Assembly: GCA_030604855.1 (NCBI GenBank)
Contig: JAUVVC010000005.1
Span: 1 to 32,000 of the forward strand
DNA length: 32,000 nucleotides
Direction of reading: 5' to 3'
Source: Erysipelotrichaceae bacterium
Lineage (GTDB): Bacteria > Bacillota_I > Bacilli_A > Erysipelotrichales > Erysipelotrichaceae
In this document: positions 14,538 through 23,085 of the stretch, piece by piece
How the letters are laid out: each line of letters starts with the position of its first letter
Numbering within the stretch: position 1 is the first letter of the stretch
Translations under genes and position numbers: made by a program
Notes under the pieces: model-generated
The model's database searches: none
What the model was told of the DNA's origin: nothing
Seen by the model: the letters and a program-made list of their open reading frames with translations, nothing else

Positions 14538-14620
14538 TGCTAATTGCTGGAATGCTTGCTCGATTGTTCCTTGTCCCCCCCTTTTAAAAACAAATATAGA
14601 CAAAGCATTCCTTTTGATAC

Positions 14621-14648
14621 AACTTCGTCCATGACGAAGTTTTTGTTT
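14621..14648 (+). terminator. Rho-independent terminator ending the copper island
   Basis: AACTTCGTC-cat-GACGAAGTT, a 9-bp stem, followed by TTTGTTTG. Confidence 0.8.
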
Positions 14649-14658
14649 GTGTATATTC

Positions 14659-14687
14659 TTGTATCCAAAGCACTTATTGTGTATCAT
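14659..14687 (+). promoter_or_regulatory. Sigma-A-type promoter of the ABC-F gene
   Basis: TTGTAT, a 17-nt spacer, then TATCAT. Confidence 0.5.
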
Positions 14688-14713
14688 AGCCCTTGTGAAT
14701 CCGGAGGTTTATT

Positions 14714-16273
14714 ATGAGCATCTGTACCGTTGAAAATTTAAGTCATGGCTTTGGCGATCGTGGTATTTTCGAAGACGTATCCTTTCGTCTCTTAAAAGGT
14801 GAACATGTCGGTTTAATCGGCGCAAATGGTGAGGGAAAATCCACCTTTTTCAGTGTTCTCACTGGAAAATTGGTGCCCGATGAAGGTAAAGTATCCTGGT
14901 CTTCCAAGGTGCGCGTTGGTTATCTTGACCAACATGCAAAATTGGAGAAAGGGACGACCATTCGTCAGAACCTTGCCAAGGCTTTCCAATATCTCATTGA
15001 TGCGGAAGCAGAGATCATGGATCTCTACAACCAAATGGCTGAAGATAGCAATCTGGATATGGATAAAGCGCTTGAAAAGATCGGTATCCTGCAGGATATG
15101 TTGGATCACCATGGTTATTACACCTTGGATATCAAGATTGAAGAAGTCGCTTCTGCCTTAGGTCTAAGTGCTCTAGGTTTGGATCGGGATGTGGAAGATC
15201 TCAGTGGGGGGCAACGGACCAAAGTTCTTTTGACAAAGCTCTTGTTGGAAGAACCGGATATTCTTTTGTTGGATGAACCAACGAATTATCTGGATGAAGA
15301 ACACATTGTCTGGTTGAAACGTTATCTACAGAATTATGAGAATGCCTTCATACTCATATCGCATGACATTCCCTTCTTAGATGAAGTGGTCAACTTGATT
15401 TATCATGTCGAGAATCGAAGACTGACACGTTATGTGGGTGGCTATAATGATTTCACCCGCATCTATGAACAAAATAAATACGCCTTGGAAGCCAGTTACA
15501 ATCGCCAACAAGCTGAAATCGCCCGCTTGGAAGACTTTGTGGCACGTAATAAGGCGCGTGTATCCACCCGTGGCATCGCAGCTTCACGCCAAAAGGTTTT
15601 GGATAAGATGGACATCATCGAACTGAACCCTGAGAAACCGAAGCCCAGCTTCATCTTCAAGACAGCTCGTACCAGTGGAAGAGTGATTGTAGAGACAGAG
15701 AATCTTGTGATTGGTTATGACTCCGCACTATCACGTCCACTTAAGTTCACGCTGGAGCGTGGTCAGAAAGTGGCACTTGTCGGTGCGAATGGACTTGGAA
15801 AGTCAACACTCTTAAAAAGTATCCTGGGTTTGATTGAACCTTTTGATGGGGCGATGCATAAAGGCGAGTTCTTAAACATCGGTTACTTTGAACAAGAAGT
15901 CAAAACCAAAAACGACAAAACCTGCATTGATGAAGTTTGGGGAAGCTTCCCAGCCATGACCCAGCAAGAAGTGCGCAGTGCCTTGGCAAAAGTGGGTCTG
16001 ACCCGTTCACAACTCGAATCCAAACTTGCTGTCCTCAGTGGAGGTGAACAAGCCAAGGTTCGTTTATGCAAGATCACCAACACCCCAAGCAATGTCTTGG
16101 TTTTGGATGAACCCACCAATCATTTGGATCCTGAAGCCAAAGAAGAGTTGAAACGAGCTTTGATTGAATACAAAGGAACCATTCTCTTGGTCAGCCATGA
16201 ACCTGAATTTTATCGAGATATCGTCGATGAAATATGGAATGTGGAAGACTGGACGACCAAAGTGGTGTTATGA
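14714..16273 (+). CDS. ABC-F family ATPase (two tandem ABC domains, no TM domain)
   Basis: Two Walker A motifs (GANGEGKST, GANGLGKST), two signatures (LSGGQRTK, LSGGEQAK), two Walker B motifs (LLLDEPTN, LVLDEPTN) and an interdomain linker. 519 aa. GGAGG ribosome-binding site. Confidence 0.9.
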   Translation: MSICTVENLSHGFGDRGIFEDVSFRLLKGEHVGLIGANGEGKSTFFSVLTGKLVPDEGKVSWSSKVRVGYLDQHAKLEKGTTIRQNLAKAFQYLIDAEAEIMDLYNQMAEDSNLDMDKALEKIGILQDMLDHHGYYTLDIKIEEVASALGLSALGLDRDVEDLSGGQRTKVLLTKLLLEEPDILLLDEPTNYLDEEHIVWLKRYLQNYENAFILISHDIPFLDEVVNLIYHVENRRLTRYVGGYNDFTRIYEQNKYALEASYNRQQAEIARLEDFVARNKARVSTRGIAASRQKVLDKMDIIELNPEKPKPSFIFKTARTSGRVIVETENLVIGYDSALSRPLKFTLERGQKVALVGANGLGKSTLLKSILGLIEPFDGAMHKGEFLNIGYFEQEVKTKNDKTCIDEVWGSFPAMTQQEVRSALAKVGLTRSQLESKLAVLSGGEQAKVRLCKITNTPSNVLVLDEPTNHLDPEAKEELKRALIEYKGTILLVSHEPEFYRDIVDEIWNVEDWTTKVVL

Positions 16274-16280
16274 TGATTCT

Positions 16281-16739
16281 ATGATTGAAATCAAGCCAGC
16301 GTATGACAATTTAGACGCGATCCGAGAACTCTTCCGTGAATATGCGACCGGTCTAGGGGTTGATTTGTGTTTCCAAGACTTTGAACAGGAACTTGCGCTT
16401 TTACCTGGGAAATACAGTGAACCGATGGGACGTCTTTACCTTGCCTATGATCAAGATGAAGCGATCGCATGCATCGCTTTGCGTCCATTCAAAGATCATG
16501 TAGGAGAAATAAAACGACTCTATGTCAAACCCTCGCATCGTAGACAGGGTTTAAGCAAGATCTTAGTCAAGAGAATCCTCGAAGATGCACGTATGATCGG
16601 CTACCAACGTTTGGTGCTTGATACCTTGAACACCATGACGCCTGCGATGAAGCTCTATAAGACTTGTGGTTTCCAAGAAATCGAAGCCTATTATCCCAAC
16701 CCCTTGGAGGGTGCGACCTATTTCGCATTGGATCTATGA
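16281..16739 (+). CDS. GNAT-family N-acetyltransferase
   Basis: The acetyl-CoA-binding motif A region is ..IKRLYVKPSHRRQGLSKILV... I place the start at MIEIKPAY (16281). The track start at 16164 overlaps the ABC-F gene. Confidence 0.8.
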   Translation: MIEIKPAYDNLDAIRELFREYATGLGVDLCFQDFEQELALLPGKYSEPMGRLYLAYDQDEAIACIALRPFKDHVGEIKRLYVKPSHRRQGLSKILVKRILEDARMIGYQRLVLDTLNTMTPAMKLYKTCGFQEIEAYYPNPLEGATYFALDL

Positions 16740-17209
16740 GAAGCATGCGTAGAAAAGATCGCGAAGTGGTGAATCCGCAAGAGCTTAAACACATCCTGGA
16801 TGTGTGCAAGATCTGTCGCATCGCTTATCAAGACGATGAAGGCTTGACCATCGTTCCTCTGAACTTCGGTTATGTTTATGATGAACAACTGACCCTTTAT
16901 TTCCACAGTGCCAAAGCTGGTCGTAAGTTCGATGCCTTTCAAACACCTCAATCCGTAGCTTTTGAAATGGATGGAGCCCATCGTTTGATTGAAGGTGAAG
17001 AAGCCTGTGATTTCAGCTACAGCTTTGTGAGCATCATTGGGAATGGAATAATTTTCAACGTTGAAGACAGCGATGAAAAGATCAAAGCACTTCAATGTTT
17101 GATGCACCATGAGACGAAGCGTGATTTTGAGATTCGTCCAGAGATGACGCAACAGGTCGCCATCTTTAAATTGAATGTTTCGCAACTCACAGGGAAATAT
17201 CATCCCTAA
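16736..17209 (+). CDS. Pyridoxamine 5'-phosphate oxidase-like FMN-binding protein
   Basis: MRSMRRKDREV.. is the typical N-terminus of the PNPOx-like split-barrel family. ATGA overlap with the GNAT stop. Confidence 0.7.
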   Translation: MRSMRRKDREVVNPQELKHILDVCKICRIAYQDDEGLTIVPLNFGYVYDEQLTLYFHSAKAGRKFDAFQTPQSVAFEMDGAHRLIEGEEACDFSYSFVSIIGNGIIFNVEDSDEKIKALQCLMHHETKRDFEIRPEMTQQVAIFKLNVSQLTGKYHP

Positions 17210-17211
17210 TC

Positions 17212-17238
17212 AAAAAAAGATCTTCACAGATCTTTTTT
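17212..17238. terminator. Bidirectional terminator
   Basis: AAAAAAAGATCT-tcac-AGATCTTTTTT. The A-tract and T-tract flanks let it serve both convergent genes. Confidence 0.8.
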
Positions 17239-17242
17239 AGTC

Positions 17243-18241
17243 TCATCGATTGAACGTATACGGAATCAAACCCACCAATTCATGTGGGGCATACATTTCT
17301 TCCAGATAAAGCATATCTTCTAATGTCAACTTGAGCTCAAGCGCTTTAACCGCATCTTCCAAATGACTGATTTTGGTTGCGCCTACTATCGGTGAAACGA
17401 CTTGTGGACGATGCAAAAGCCAAGCTAAAGCCACATGAGCTCGTGGAACCTGGTACTTTTCAGCCAACGTTCCCACACGATCCACAATCAAGCGATCCGC
17501 TTCAGCGGTTTTTCCATACTTCGCTTTTCGTGTCTGATCGGTCTCTATCCGAGTGGATGTTTCATCTGGTGCTTTTGCCAGGATACCGGATGCCAAAGGA
17601 CTGTAAGGGGTCAGTGCGATCTTGTTCTCTGCACAGAAGGGAATCAATTCACGTTCATCTTCACGATAGATCAGATTGTAGTGATTCTGCATCGATACGA
17701 ACTTTGTCCATCCATTCTTCTCAGCGATATACTGTGCTTTTTGAAATTGCCAAGCATACATGGCAGAAGCACCGATGTAGCGCACCTTACCAATCTTAAC
17801 TAAATCATGCAAAGCTTCCATGGTTTCTTCAATAGGGGTGTTGTAATCCCAACGATGAATGATATAGAGATCTACATAATCCGTTTGAAGTCGTTTCAAG
17901 CTCTTATCAATCTCGCTCATGATGTGTTTACGGGATAAGCCTGCCCCGTTGGCACCTTCATGCATTCTGAAGTTGACTTTTGTCGCAATCACGACTTTAT
18001 CGCGATCCGCAAAATCGTTTAACGCTCTTCCTAGGTACTCCTCACTGGTGCCTGCGGAGTAGACGTTGGCTGTATCAAAGAAGTTGATGCCAAGATCCAA
18101 GGCGCGTTTGATGACCTCGCGACTCTGTGCTTCATCCACGACCCATTGGTGAAAGCCAGTGTTCACATCCCCGAAACCCATGGCACCTAAACAAATGCGT
18201 GATACTTCTAAACCCGTATTTCCAAATTTTACGTATTCCAT
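17243..18241 (-). CDS. Aldo/keto reductase (332 aa, YhdN/Tas-like class)
   Basis: MEYVKFGNTGLEVSRICLGAMGFG..FFDTANVYS..G.SEE.LG.. are AKR signature regions. GAGGAGG ribosome-binding site. Confidence 0.9.
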   Translation of the reverse strand: MEYVKFGNTGLEVSRICLGAMGFGDVNTGFHQWVVDEAQSREVIKRALDLGINFFDTANVYSAGTSEEYLGRALNDFADRDKVVIATKVNFRMHEGANGAGLSRKHIMSEIDKSLKRLQTDYVDLYIIHRWDYNTPIEETMEALHDLVKIGKVRYIGASAMYAWQFQKAQYIAEKNGWTKFVSMQNHYNLIYREDERELIPFCAENKIALTPYSPLASGILAKAPDETSTRIETDQTRKAKYGKTAEADRLIVDRVGTLAEKYQVPRAHVALAWLLHRPQVVSPIVGATKISHLEDAVKALELKLTLEDMLYLEEMYAPHELVGLIPYTFNR

Positions 18242-18261
18242 AGGATCCTCCTCATACTTTC

Positions 18262-18292
18262 ATTGTATAGGCTTGAGTTAAGTCCAAGTCAA
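18262..18292 (-). promoter_or_regulatory. MerR-type promoter (19-bp spacer) of the 332-aa aldo/keto reductase
   Basis: The minus strand reads C-TTGACT-TGGACTTAACTCAAGCCTA-TACAAT. The spacer is 19 nt, with the imperfect dyad CTTGACT..ACTCAAG. Confidence 0.6.
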
Positions 18293-18316
18293 GCACAATG
18301 TTTATCTTTCATATGA

Positions 18317-18348
18317 CTTGACTTGGAGTTCAGTCAAGGGCGTATAAT
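18317..18348 (+). promoter_or_regulatory. MerR-type promoter (19-bp spacer) of the 273-aa aldo/keto reductase
   Basis: C-TTGACT-TGGAGTTCAGTCAAGGGCG-TATAAT. The spacer is 19 nt, with the perfect 7-bp inverted repeat CTTGACT-N8-AGTCAAG. Confidence 0.65.
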
Positions 18349-18366
18349 CAAGATAAAGGAGTAACG

Positions 18367-19188
18367 ATGAAAACATTAACAGAAACGTATACTTTGCATA
18401 ATGGATTAAAGATCCCCAAGATAGCCTTTGGGACCTGGCAGATTCCCAATGAAGACGCCTATCAAGCGGTTTTAGATGCTTTAGCCGTTGGTTATCGTCA
18501 TATTGATACTGCTAAGTCCTATCATAATGAAGATGCTGTTGGACGGGCAATCAAAGATTCTGGAATTCCAAGAGATGACATCTTTGTGGTAAGCAAGCTC
18601 AGAGCACCTGCAATCGGTTATGACGAGACCATAGCTTCTTTTGAAGCTCAACTCAAAGAATTGGGTTTGGACTATCTTGATCTTTATTTGATCCATGCCC
18701 CATGGAATTGGAGCGATCGCAGTGTATCCGTTACACCTCAAAACATTGAGGCGTGGCGTGCCATGGAAGACCTTTACAAACAAGGAAAAATCAGATCCAT
18801 TGGAGTAAGCAACTTCAGTGTCAAGGATCTACAAGCCTTATTGGACCATGGGACAATCGTTCCGATGGTCAATCAAATCCGCTTCTCAGTCGGTTTCACC
18901 CAAGATGAAATCGTTAACTTTTGCAATGAACACAATATCCTTATCGAAGCCTACTCTCCCTTAGGAACTGGAAGTGTCTTCAGTGATTCCAATCTCGAAG
19001 CGATGGCTAAAAAATATGACGTAAGCATCGCTCAATTGTGCATTCAATACTGTTTGGAAAAGGGAACCTTACCCTTACCGAAAACACGCAGTAAAGATCG
19101 AATGATTCAGAATGCGACCCTTGATTTTGGAATAAAAGAAGATGACATGAAAGTCTTGGATGCCTTTGAAGAGATTCAGCGCTTATAG
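18367..19188 (+). CDS. Aldo/keto reductase (273 aa, YvgN/YtbE/2,5-diketogluconate-reductase-like class)
   Basis: ..IPKIAFGTWQ..GYRHIDTAKSYHNE..LDYLDLYLIHAP..IRSIGVSNF.. show the AKR catalytic tetrad context. AAAGGAG ribosome-binding site. Confidence 0.9.
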   Translation: MKTLTETYTLHNGLKIPKIAFGTWQIPNEDAYQAVLDALAVGYRHIDTAKSYHNEDAVGRAIKDSGIPRDDIFVVSKLRAPAIGYDETIASFEAQLKELGLDYLDLYLIHAPWNWSDRSVSVTPQNIEAWRAMEDLYKQGKIRSIGVSNFSVKDLQALLDHGTIVPMVNQIRFSVGFTQDEIVNFCNEHNILIEAYSPLGTGSVFSDSNLEAMAKKYDVSIAQLCIQYCLEKGTLPLPKTRSKDRMIQNATLDFGIKEDDMKVLDAFEEIQRL

Positions 19189-19193
19189 TATCT

Positions 19194-19219
19194 GTTCCGT
19201 GAAAACGGAACATTTTTTA
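19194..19219 (+). terminator. Rho-independent terminator
   Basis: GTTCCGT-gaaa-ACGGAAC followed by ATTTTTTAT. Confidence 0.8.
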
Positions 19220-19248
19220 TGTTAGGATTAAATTACATAAGGGGTTTT

Positions 19249-20676
19249 ATGACAAAGCTGAACGAGAACAGAATACCCATTCAAGATAAGATCAACTATG
19301 GAATGGGCAATTTAAGTGTCGGGATTGCGATGCAAGTCGTGGGGACATACTTGGTCTTCTTTTCCACAGTCATATTAGGGATTCCAGGTGTTTTGGTCGG
19401 CTTGGCACTTGGCATCAGTGTCTTTTGGGATGCGATCACCGATCCCTTAATGGGTTTCATTTCAGATGTCACTAAATCCAAGCGTTTTGGACGTCGTCAT
19501 CTGTATCTATTGATCGGCTCCGTTGGCATCGCACTCACGTTATTGGTGATGTGGGTGATTCCACCCAGTTTGAGCACGAATCTCAAGTTTACTTTACTCT
19601 TCATTGACATCATCCTCTTTAAATCCTTCATCACCGTCTATGTGACCCCTTATACGGCACTTGGGGCAGAGCTGTCGAGTGATTATCATGAGCGTACAAG
19701 CATTCAAAGCATTAAAACAATCTTCTTTTTATTGGGTTTGGCCTTTGTGTCAGTGGCTGGACTCTATCTATTTTTTCAACCGTCCGATGCTTATACACAT
19801 GGTCAATTGAATCCAGATTCGTATCGTAATATCGGTATCATCTCCGCGATACTCGTCTTAACAGCGGCAGGGATTTGTTATCAAAGTACGAAAAAATACA
19901 TTGATGTGCTCAATCGTAAACATATCAAAGATCGCCAAGCAAACAATCTCACGACATTCATCCAATCACTTAAAAGCACAATCCAAAATAAGGCCTTTCG
20001 GTCGGTCGCCTTATGTTATATGTTTACGAATCTCGCATCGGCTTTCTTAAGCAACATGGGACTGCATGTCTTCACCTATACCTTTGTTTTGACAAGCCAA
20101 CAGATCGCCATCATCTTAGCGGTGCAATTCTCTGTGAGCATCGTATCGCAACCGATTTGGATGCTCATCACTCGTAGGGTGGATAAGAAACCTGCCATCA
20201 TCGTGGGTTTGATTTTCAGTATCTGCGCTGGTTTGATTTTTGTGTTGCTTGTCTTACTTAAAGATAGGATCGCATCACAGCTTATCTATTTCTTTCCCTA
20301 TGCCATCTTAGCAGGATTTGGGACAGGCGCACTGTTCACGATACCTTTATCTATAGTGGTGGATACGATCGATATGGATGAACTTCAACGTGGACAACGT
20401 TTTGAAGGGTTCTATTTTGGTAGTTTGACGCTTTACTATAAGCTTTCGCAAGCCATTGCGATCTTCTTTATTGGGATTCTTCTTGATTTGATCCGCTTCG
20501 ATTCATCACTTTTGCATCAGTCCGAATTCACCTTGATCAGTTTGGGTTTGATTCTTGCGTTTGGATCGATCTTGAGTTTTGGCTTTGCTTATTTGAGTAT
20601 TCGTTTGTATCCATTGGACAAGGATAAAGTACTTGAAATTCAAAGCGACATCGCAAAGATCCATCACATCGCTTAA
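19249..20676 (+). CDS. MFS transporter, glycoside-pentoside-hexuronide (GPH)/MFSD2-like family
   Basis: 12-TM profile with the N-terminal region ..YGMGNLSVGIAMQVVGTYLVFF..DAITDPLMGFISD..KRFGRR.., typical of GPH cation symporters. I place the start at MTKLNEN (19249). Confidence 0.75.
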   Translation: MTKLNENRIPIQDKINYGMGNLSVGIAMQVVGTYLVFFSTVILGIPGVLVGLALGISVFWDAITDPLMGFISDVTKSKRFGRRHLYLLIGSVGIALTLLVMWVIPPSLSTNLKFTLLFIDIILFKSFITVYVTPYTALGAELSSDYHERTSIQSIKTIFFLLGLAFVSVAGLYLFFQPSDAYTHGQLNPDSYRNIGIISAILVLTAAGICYQSTKKYIDVLNRKHIKDRQANNLTTFIQSLKSTIQNKAFRSVALCYMFTNLASAFLSNMGLHVFTYTFVLTSQQIAIILAVQFSVSIVSQPIWMLITRRVDKKPAIIVGLIFSICAGLIFVLLVLLKDRIASQLIYFFPYAILAGFGTGALFTIPLSIVVDTIDMDELQRGQRFEGFYFGSLTLYYKLSQAIAIFFIGILLDLIRFDSSLLHQSEFTLISLGLILAFGSILSFGFAYLSIRLYPLDKDKVLEIQSDIAKIHHIA

Positions 20677-20738
20677 TGTGAGCTTTCATGTCTTATCTAA
20701 AATAGCGTACAATGGTATGGTTAAAAGGGGAGATCATC

Positions 20739-21113
20739 ATGCGCCGTTTCATTAGTTTGCTTATCGCAGTTGTCGTATTTGTTGCCATGCAGTGGGGGGT
20801 TAAAGAGATCAATGCCATTGCAGTTGAAACGTATAAAATGTTTCCTTACGGCTATCTGGCCATGTTGGTAAGGATCTTTGGTTATCAGCTGATTGCGATT
20901 CTACTCTTAAAGGACACTTTGCTTATGAACTCACGCAAACTACCGCGGTATTTTACCAGCTTGATTAGCTTGTTTCTCGTCAATGCGTTGGTGATGTGGG
21001 TATTATACAATCATGGTGTGTGGCTGAACAAAGCATATGTTCCACTTGCTTATGTTGAAGGCGTGGTGTGGATGACGGGTTTGTTGCTGAGTGAATATCT
21101 GTTGAATTCGTAA
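20739..21113 (+). CDS. Small integral membrane protein, unknown function (~4 TM)
   Basis: 124-aa hydrophobic ORF starting at MRRFISLLIAVVVF after an AAAGGGGAG ribosome-binding site. I recognise no family. Confidence 0.55.
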   Translation: MRRFISLLIAVVVFVAMQWGVKEINAIAVETYKMFPYGYLAMLVRIFGYQLIAILLLKDTLLMNSRKLPRYFTSLISLFLVNALVMWVLYNHGVWLNKAYVPLAYVEGVVWMTGLLLSEYLLNS

Positions 21114-21177
21114 TCAATGTTGTTTTCGCTTGACCTTTTGGTAAAATGAAAGGGTAAGCTTTTTGTCAGGAGATCCA

Positions 21178-21483
21178 ATGAAAAAGATTGTCTTGTTTTG
21201 TGGAGCTGGGATGTCCAGCAGTCTACTCGTCTTAAAAGTACGCAATGCCGTCAAAGAAGCCGGTTTGGATTACTCGGTGGAAGGCTATGACACCAGTACG
21301 GTTGTCAAGAATGCCAGTGATGCGGATGTCGTCTTGGTTGCACCTCAAGTACGCCATATGCTGAAGAAGTATCAGGCTTCCATTACACATTGCCCCGTTG
21401 AACCGATGGATATGGTTGCGTACGGCTCGATGAATGGACCTAAGATTTTAGCGCAAGCACGTCTTTTGATGAATGAAGATTAA
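21178..21483 (+). CDS. PTS EIIB component, lactose/cellobiose family (orphan)
   Basis: MKKIVLFCGAGMSSSLLV.. carries the active-site Cys. ..ADVVLVAPQVRHML.. also resembles CelA/ChbB. CAGGAG ribosome-binding site. No IIC or IIA gene lies nearby. Confidence 0.85.
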   Translation: MKKIVLFCGAGMSSSLLVLKVRNAVKEAGLDYSVEGYDTSTVVKNASDADVVLVAPQVRHMLKKYQASITHCPVEPMDMVAYGSMNGPKILAQARLLMNED

Positions 21484-21500
21484 CCGGAATTCCGGTTTTC
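21483..21500 (+). terminator. Weak terminator candidate
   Basis: Perfect 16-nt palindrome AACCGGAATTCCGGTT followed by TTCTT. Confidence 0.35.
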
Positions 21501-21516
21501 TTATGAGAGGAGAAAA

Positions 21517-22446
21517 ATGAAAACAGCCTTGATCGGATATACAGGTTTTGTGGGTTCGAATCTTTTGAACCAATATGATTTTACCGATTGTTATAATTCA
21601 AAGAATATCCAAAATATTCATGGCAAGTCATACGATTTGTGTATTTGTGCAGGGGTTCGTGCTCCAAAATGGATTGCGAATGAGCAACCTGCTCAAGACT
21701 TGAGTGACATACAAAGCTTGATGAATCATCTATCGAAAGCAGACATCCAAACCATGGTTCTGATTTCAACCGTGGATGTCTATCCCGATCGTGTGGATGT
21801 GGATGAAAATACCGAGATCGATGAATCGCGACTGGTTCCCTATGGATTCAATCGTCGTCAACTTGAAAAATGGGTCGAACAAACGTACGCCAATCATCTC
21901 ATTGTACGATTACCAGGTCTGCTTGGAACGGGCATCAAGAAGAATTTCATCCGCGATATCCTTTATCCCATGCCCTTGCTTTTCAATGAGAATTTCATGC
22001 GACACATCCGTGCTGAGATGAACAATGAAGATTATGCGTTTATTGAAAAACATTACCCCAAACAAGGTGTGAACTACAGTTTCAATCAAACAGATGAGCA
22101 AGAAGTCAGATCGGTATTGGATCGCTATGGCATCTCGAGTCTTCTGTTCACAGACAGCGAAGACAGCTTTCAATATTATCCGTTGATGGAACTTCGTAAA
22201 CACATTGATATCTGTTTAAATCATAAAATAAAGGTCATCAATCTTGTGACGGAACCTGTTCAAGCAAAAGAAGTGTACCACTATCTGACAGGCAAACATT
22301 TCCGTAATGAACTTCCCCGCATGAAACAGGTGTATGATTTAAAAACGATCCACTGTGATGTGTTGGGTGGTAAAAACGGTTATCTCTACACAAAATCCGA
22401 GATGCTGGAAATCATTCGTAATTTCGTCACAAAATATACACGCTGA
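21517..22446 (+). CDS. NAD(P)-dependent epimerase/dehydratase-family (extended SDR) protein
   Basis: N-terminal Rossmann motif MKTALIGYTGFVGSNL. 309 aa. GAGAGGAG ribosome-binding site. Substrate unknown. Confidence 0.65.
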   Translation: MKTALIGYTGFVGSNLLNQYDFTDCYNSKNIQNIHGKSYDLCICAGVRAPKWIANEQPAQDLSDIQSLMNHLSKADIQTMVLISTVDVYPDRVDVDENTEIDESRLVPYGFNRRQLEKWVEQTYANHLIVRLPGLLGTGIKKNFIRDILYPMPLLFNENFMRHIRAEMNNEDYAFIEKHYPKQGVNYSFNQTDEQEVRSVLDRYGISSLLFTDSEDSFQYYPLMELRKHIDICLNHKIKVINLVTEPVQAKEVYHYLTGKHFRNELPRMKQVYDLKTIHCDVLGGKNGYLYTKSEMLEIIRNFVTKYTR

Positions 22447-22447
22447 A

Positions 22448-22472
22448 TGAGACATTCAAGTCTCATTTTTTG
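22448..22472 (+). terminator. Rho-independent terminator
   Basis: TGAGAC-attcaa-GTCTCA followed by TTTTTTG. Confidence 0.7.
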
Positions 22473-22474
22473 TG

Positions 22475-22518
22475 TTGACAAAGCAAAAGACACATCGTAT
22501 ACTAAGTAAGTACTTACT
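22475..22518 (+). promoter_or_regulatory. Promoter of the tetR-mmpL operon with a palindromic operator
   Basis: TTGACA (22475-22480), a 17-nt spacer, then TATACT (22498-22503). The perfect 14-bp palindrome AGTAAGTACTTACT (22505-22518) follows immediately, covering the predicted transcription start. Confidence 0.65.
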
Positions 22519-22533
22519 AACATAAGGAGATTC

Positions 22534-23082
22534 ATGGATACACAAAAACGATTGACACCCGAGGCTCGAAGAGAACAGATCATCCAAGCCGCATTGGCTG
22601 TTTTTATTGAAAAGGGTTTTAGTGGAACAACGACAGCTGAATTGGCTAAAGCGGCTGGCATATCCGAAGTGACATTGTTTCGTCACTTCAGTTCTAAGCA
22701 AGAGATCTTTCAAGCAGGGGTTGAACCCATTCTGTTTGAATCCTTAACGAATGATGTCCCTTTGATCGAGGGTAAGATCAGCTTGGAAGAATTATCCAGC
22801 ATCTTATTTAAACGGATCAAGTTTTTGGCAGATCGTCGTGGCATCATCAAGTTGATTTTGAATGAGCATTTGTTAAACCAGAATGATATGAATGTCGTTC
22901 AAAGAATGGCGATGACCTTTGGGAATCTTCTAAGTTCTTATCAACTGGCGCAAGATGAAACATTTTTGATTCGTTTGTTTATGGGCTCGTTCTTATCGTT
23001 CCTATATCTCCCTGTTGAAGATGAGGATTCGATCAAAGCATTTGCCACAGAGTTGGCTGAAATGATTCTAGGAAGGAATTAG
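22534..23082 (+). CDS. TetR/AcrR-family transcriptional regulator
   Basis: N-terminal helix-turn-helix: ..[47 protein letters not shown]... 182 aa. AAGGAG ribosome-binding site. Confidence 0.9.
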   Translation: MDTQKRLTPEARREQIIQAALAVFIEKGFSGTTTAELAKAAGISEVTLFRHFSSKQEIFQAGVEPILFESLTNDVPLIEGKISLEELSSILFKRIKFLADRRGIIKLILNEHLLNQNDMNVVQRMAMTFGNLLSSYQLAQDETFLIRLFMGSFLSFLYLPVEDEDSIKAFATELAEMILGRN

Positions 23083-23085
23083 AAA

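Noticed and set aside
14575-14581. Poly-C tract (C7) downstream of the cueP-like gene, considered as a possible phase-variation tract.
   Set aside because: It lies after the stop codon and before the terminator. It sits in no promoter spacer or coding frame, so length changes would have no obvious consequence.
14714-16273. The ABC-F protein considered as an antibiotic-resistance (ARE) ribosome-protection factor.
   Set aside because: There is no leader peptide or attenuator upstream, only a plain promoter and ribosome-binding site. Its size and organisation fit housekeeping ABC-F paralogues equally well. The question cannot be decided without phylogeny.
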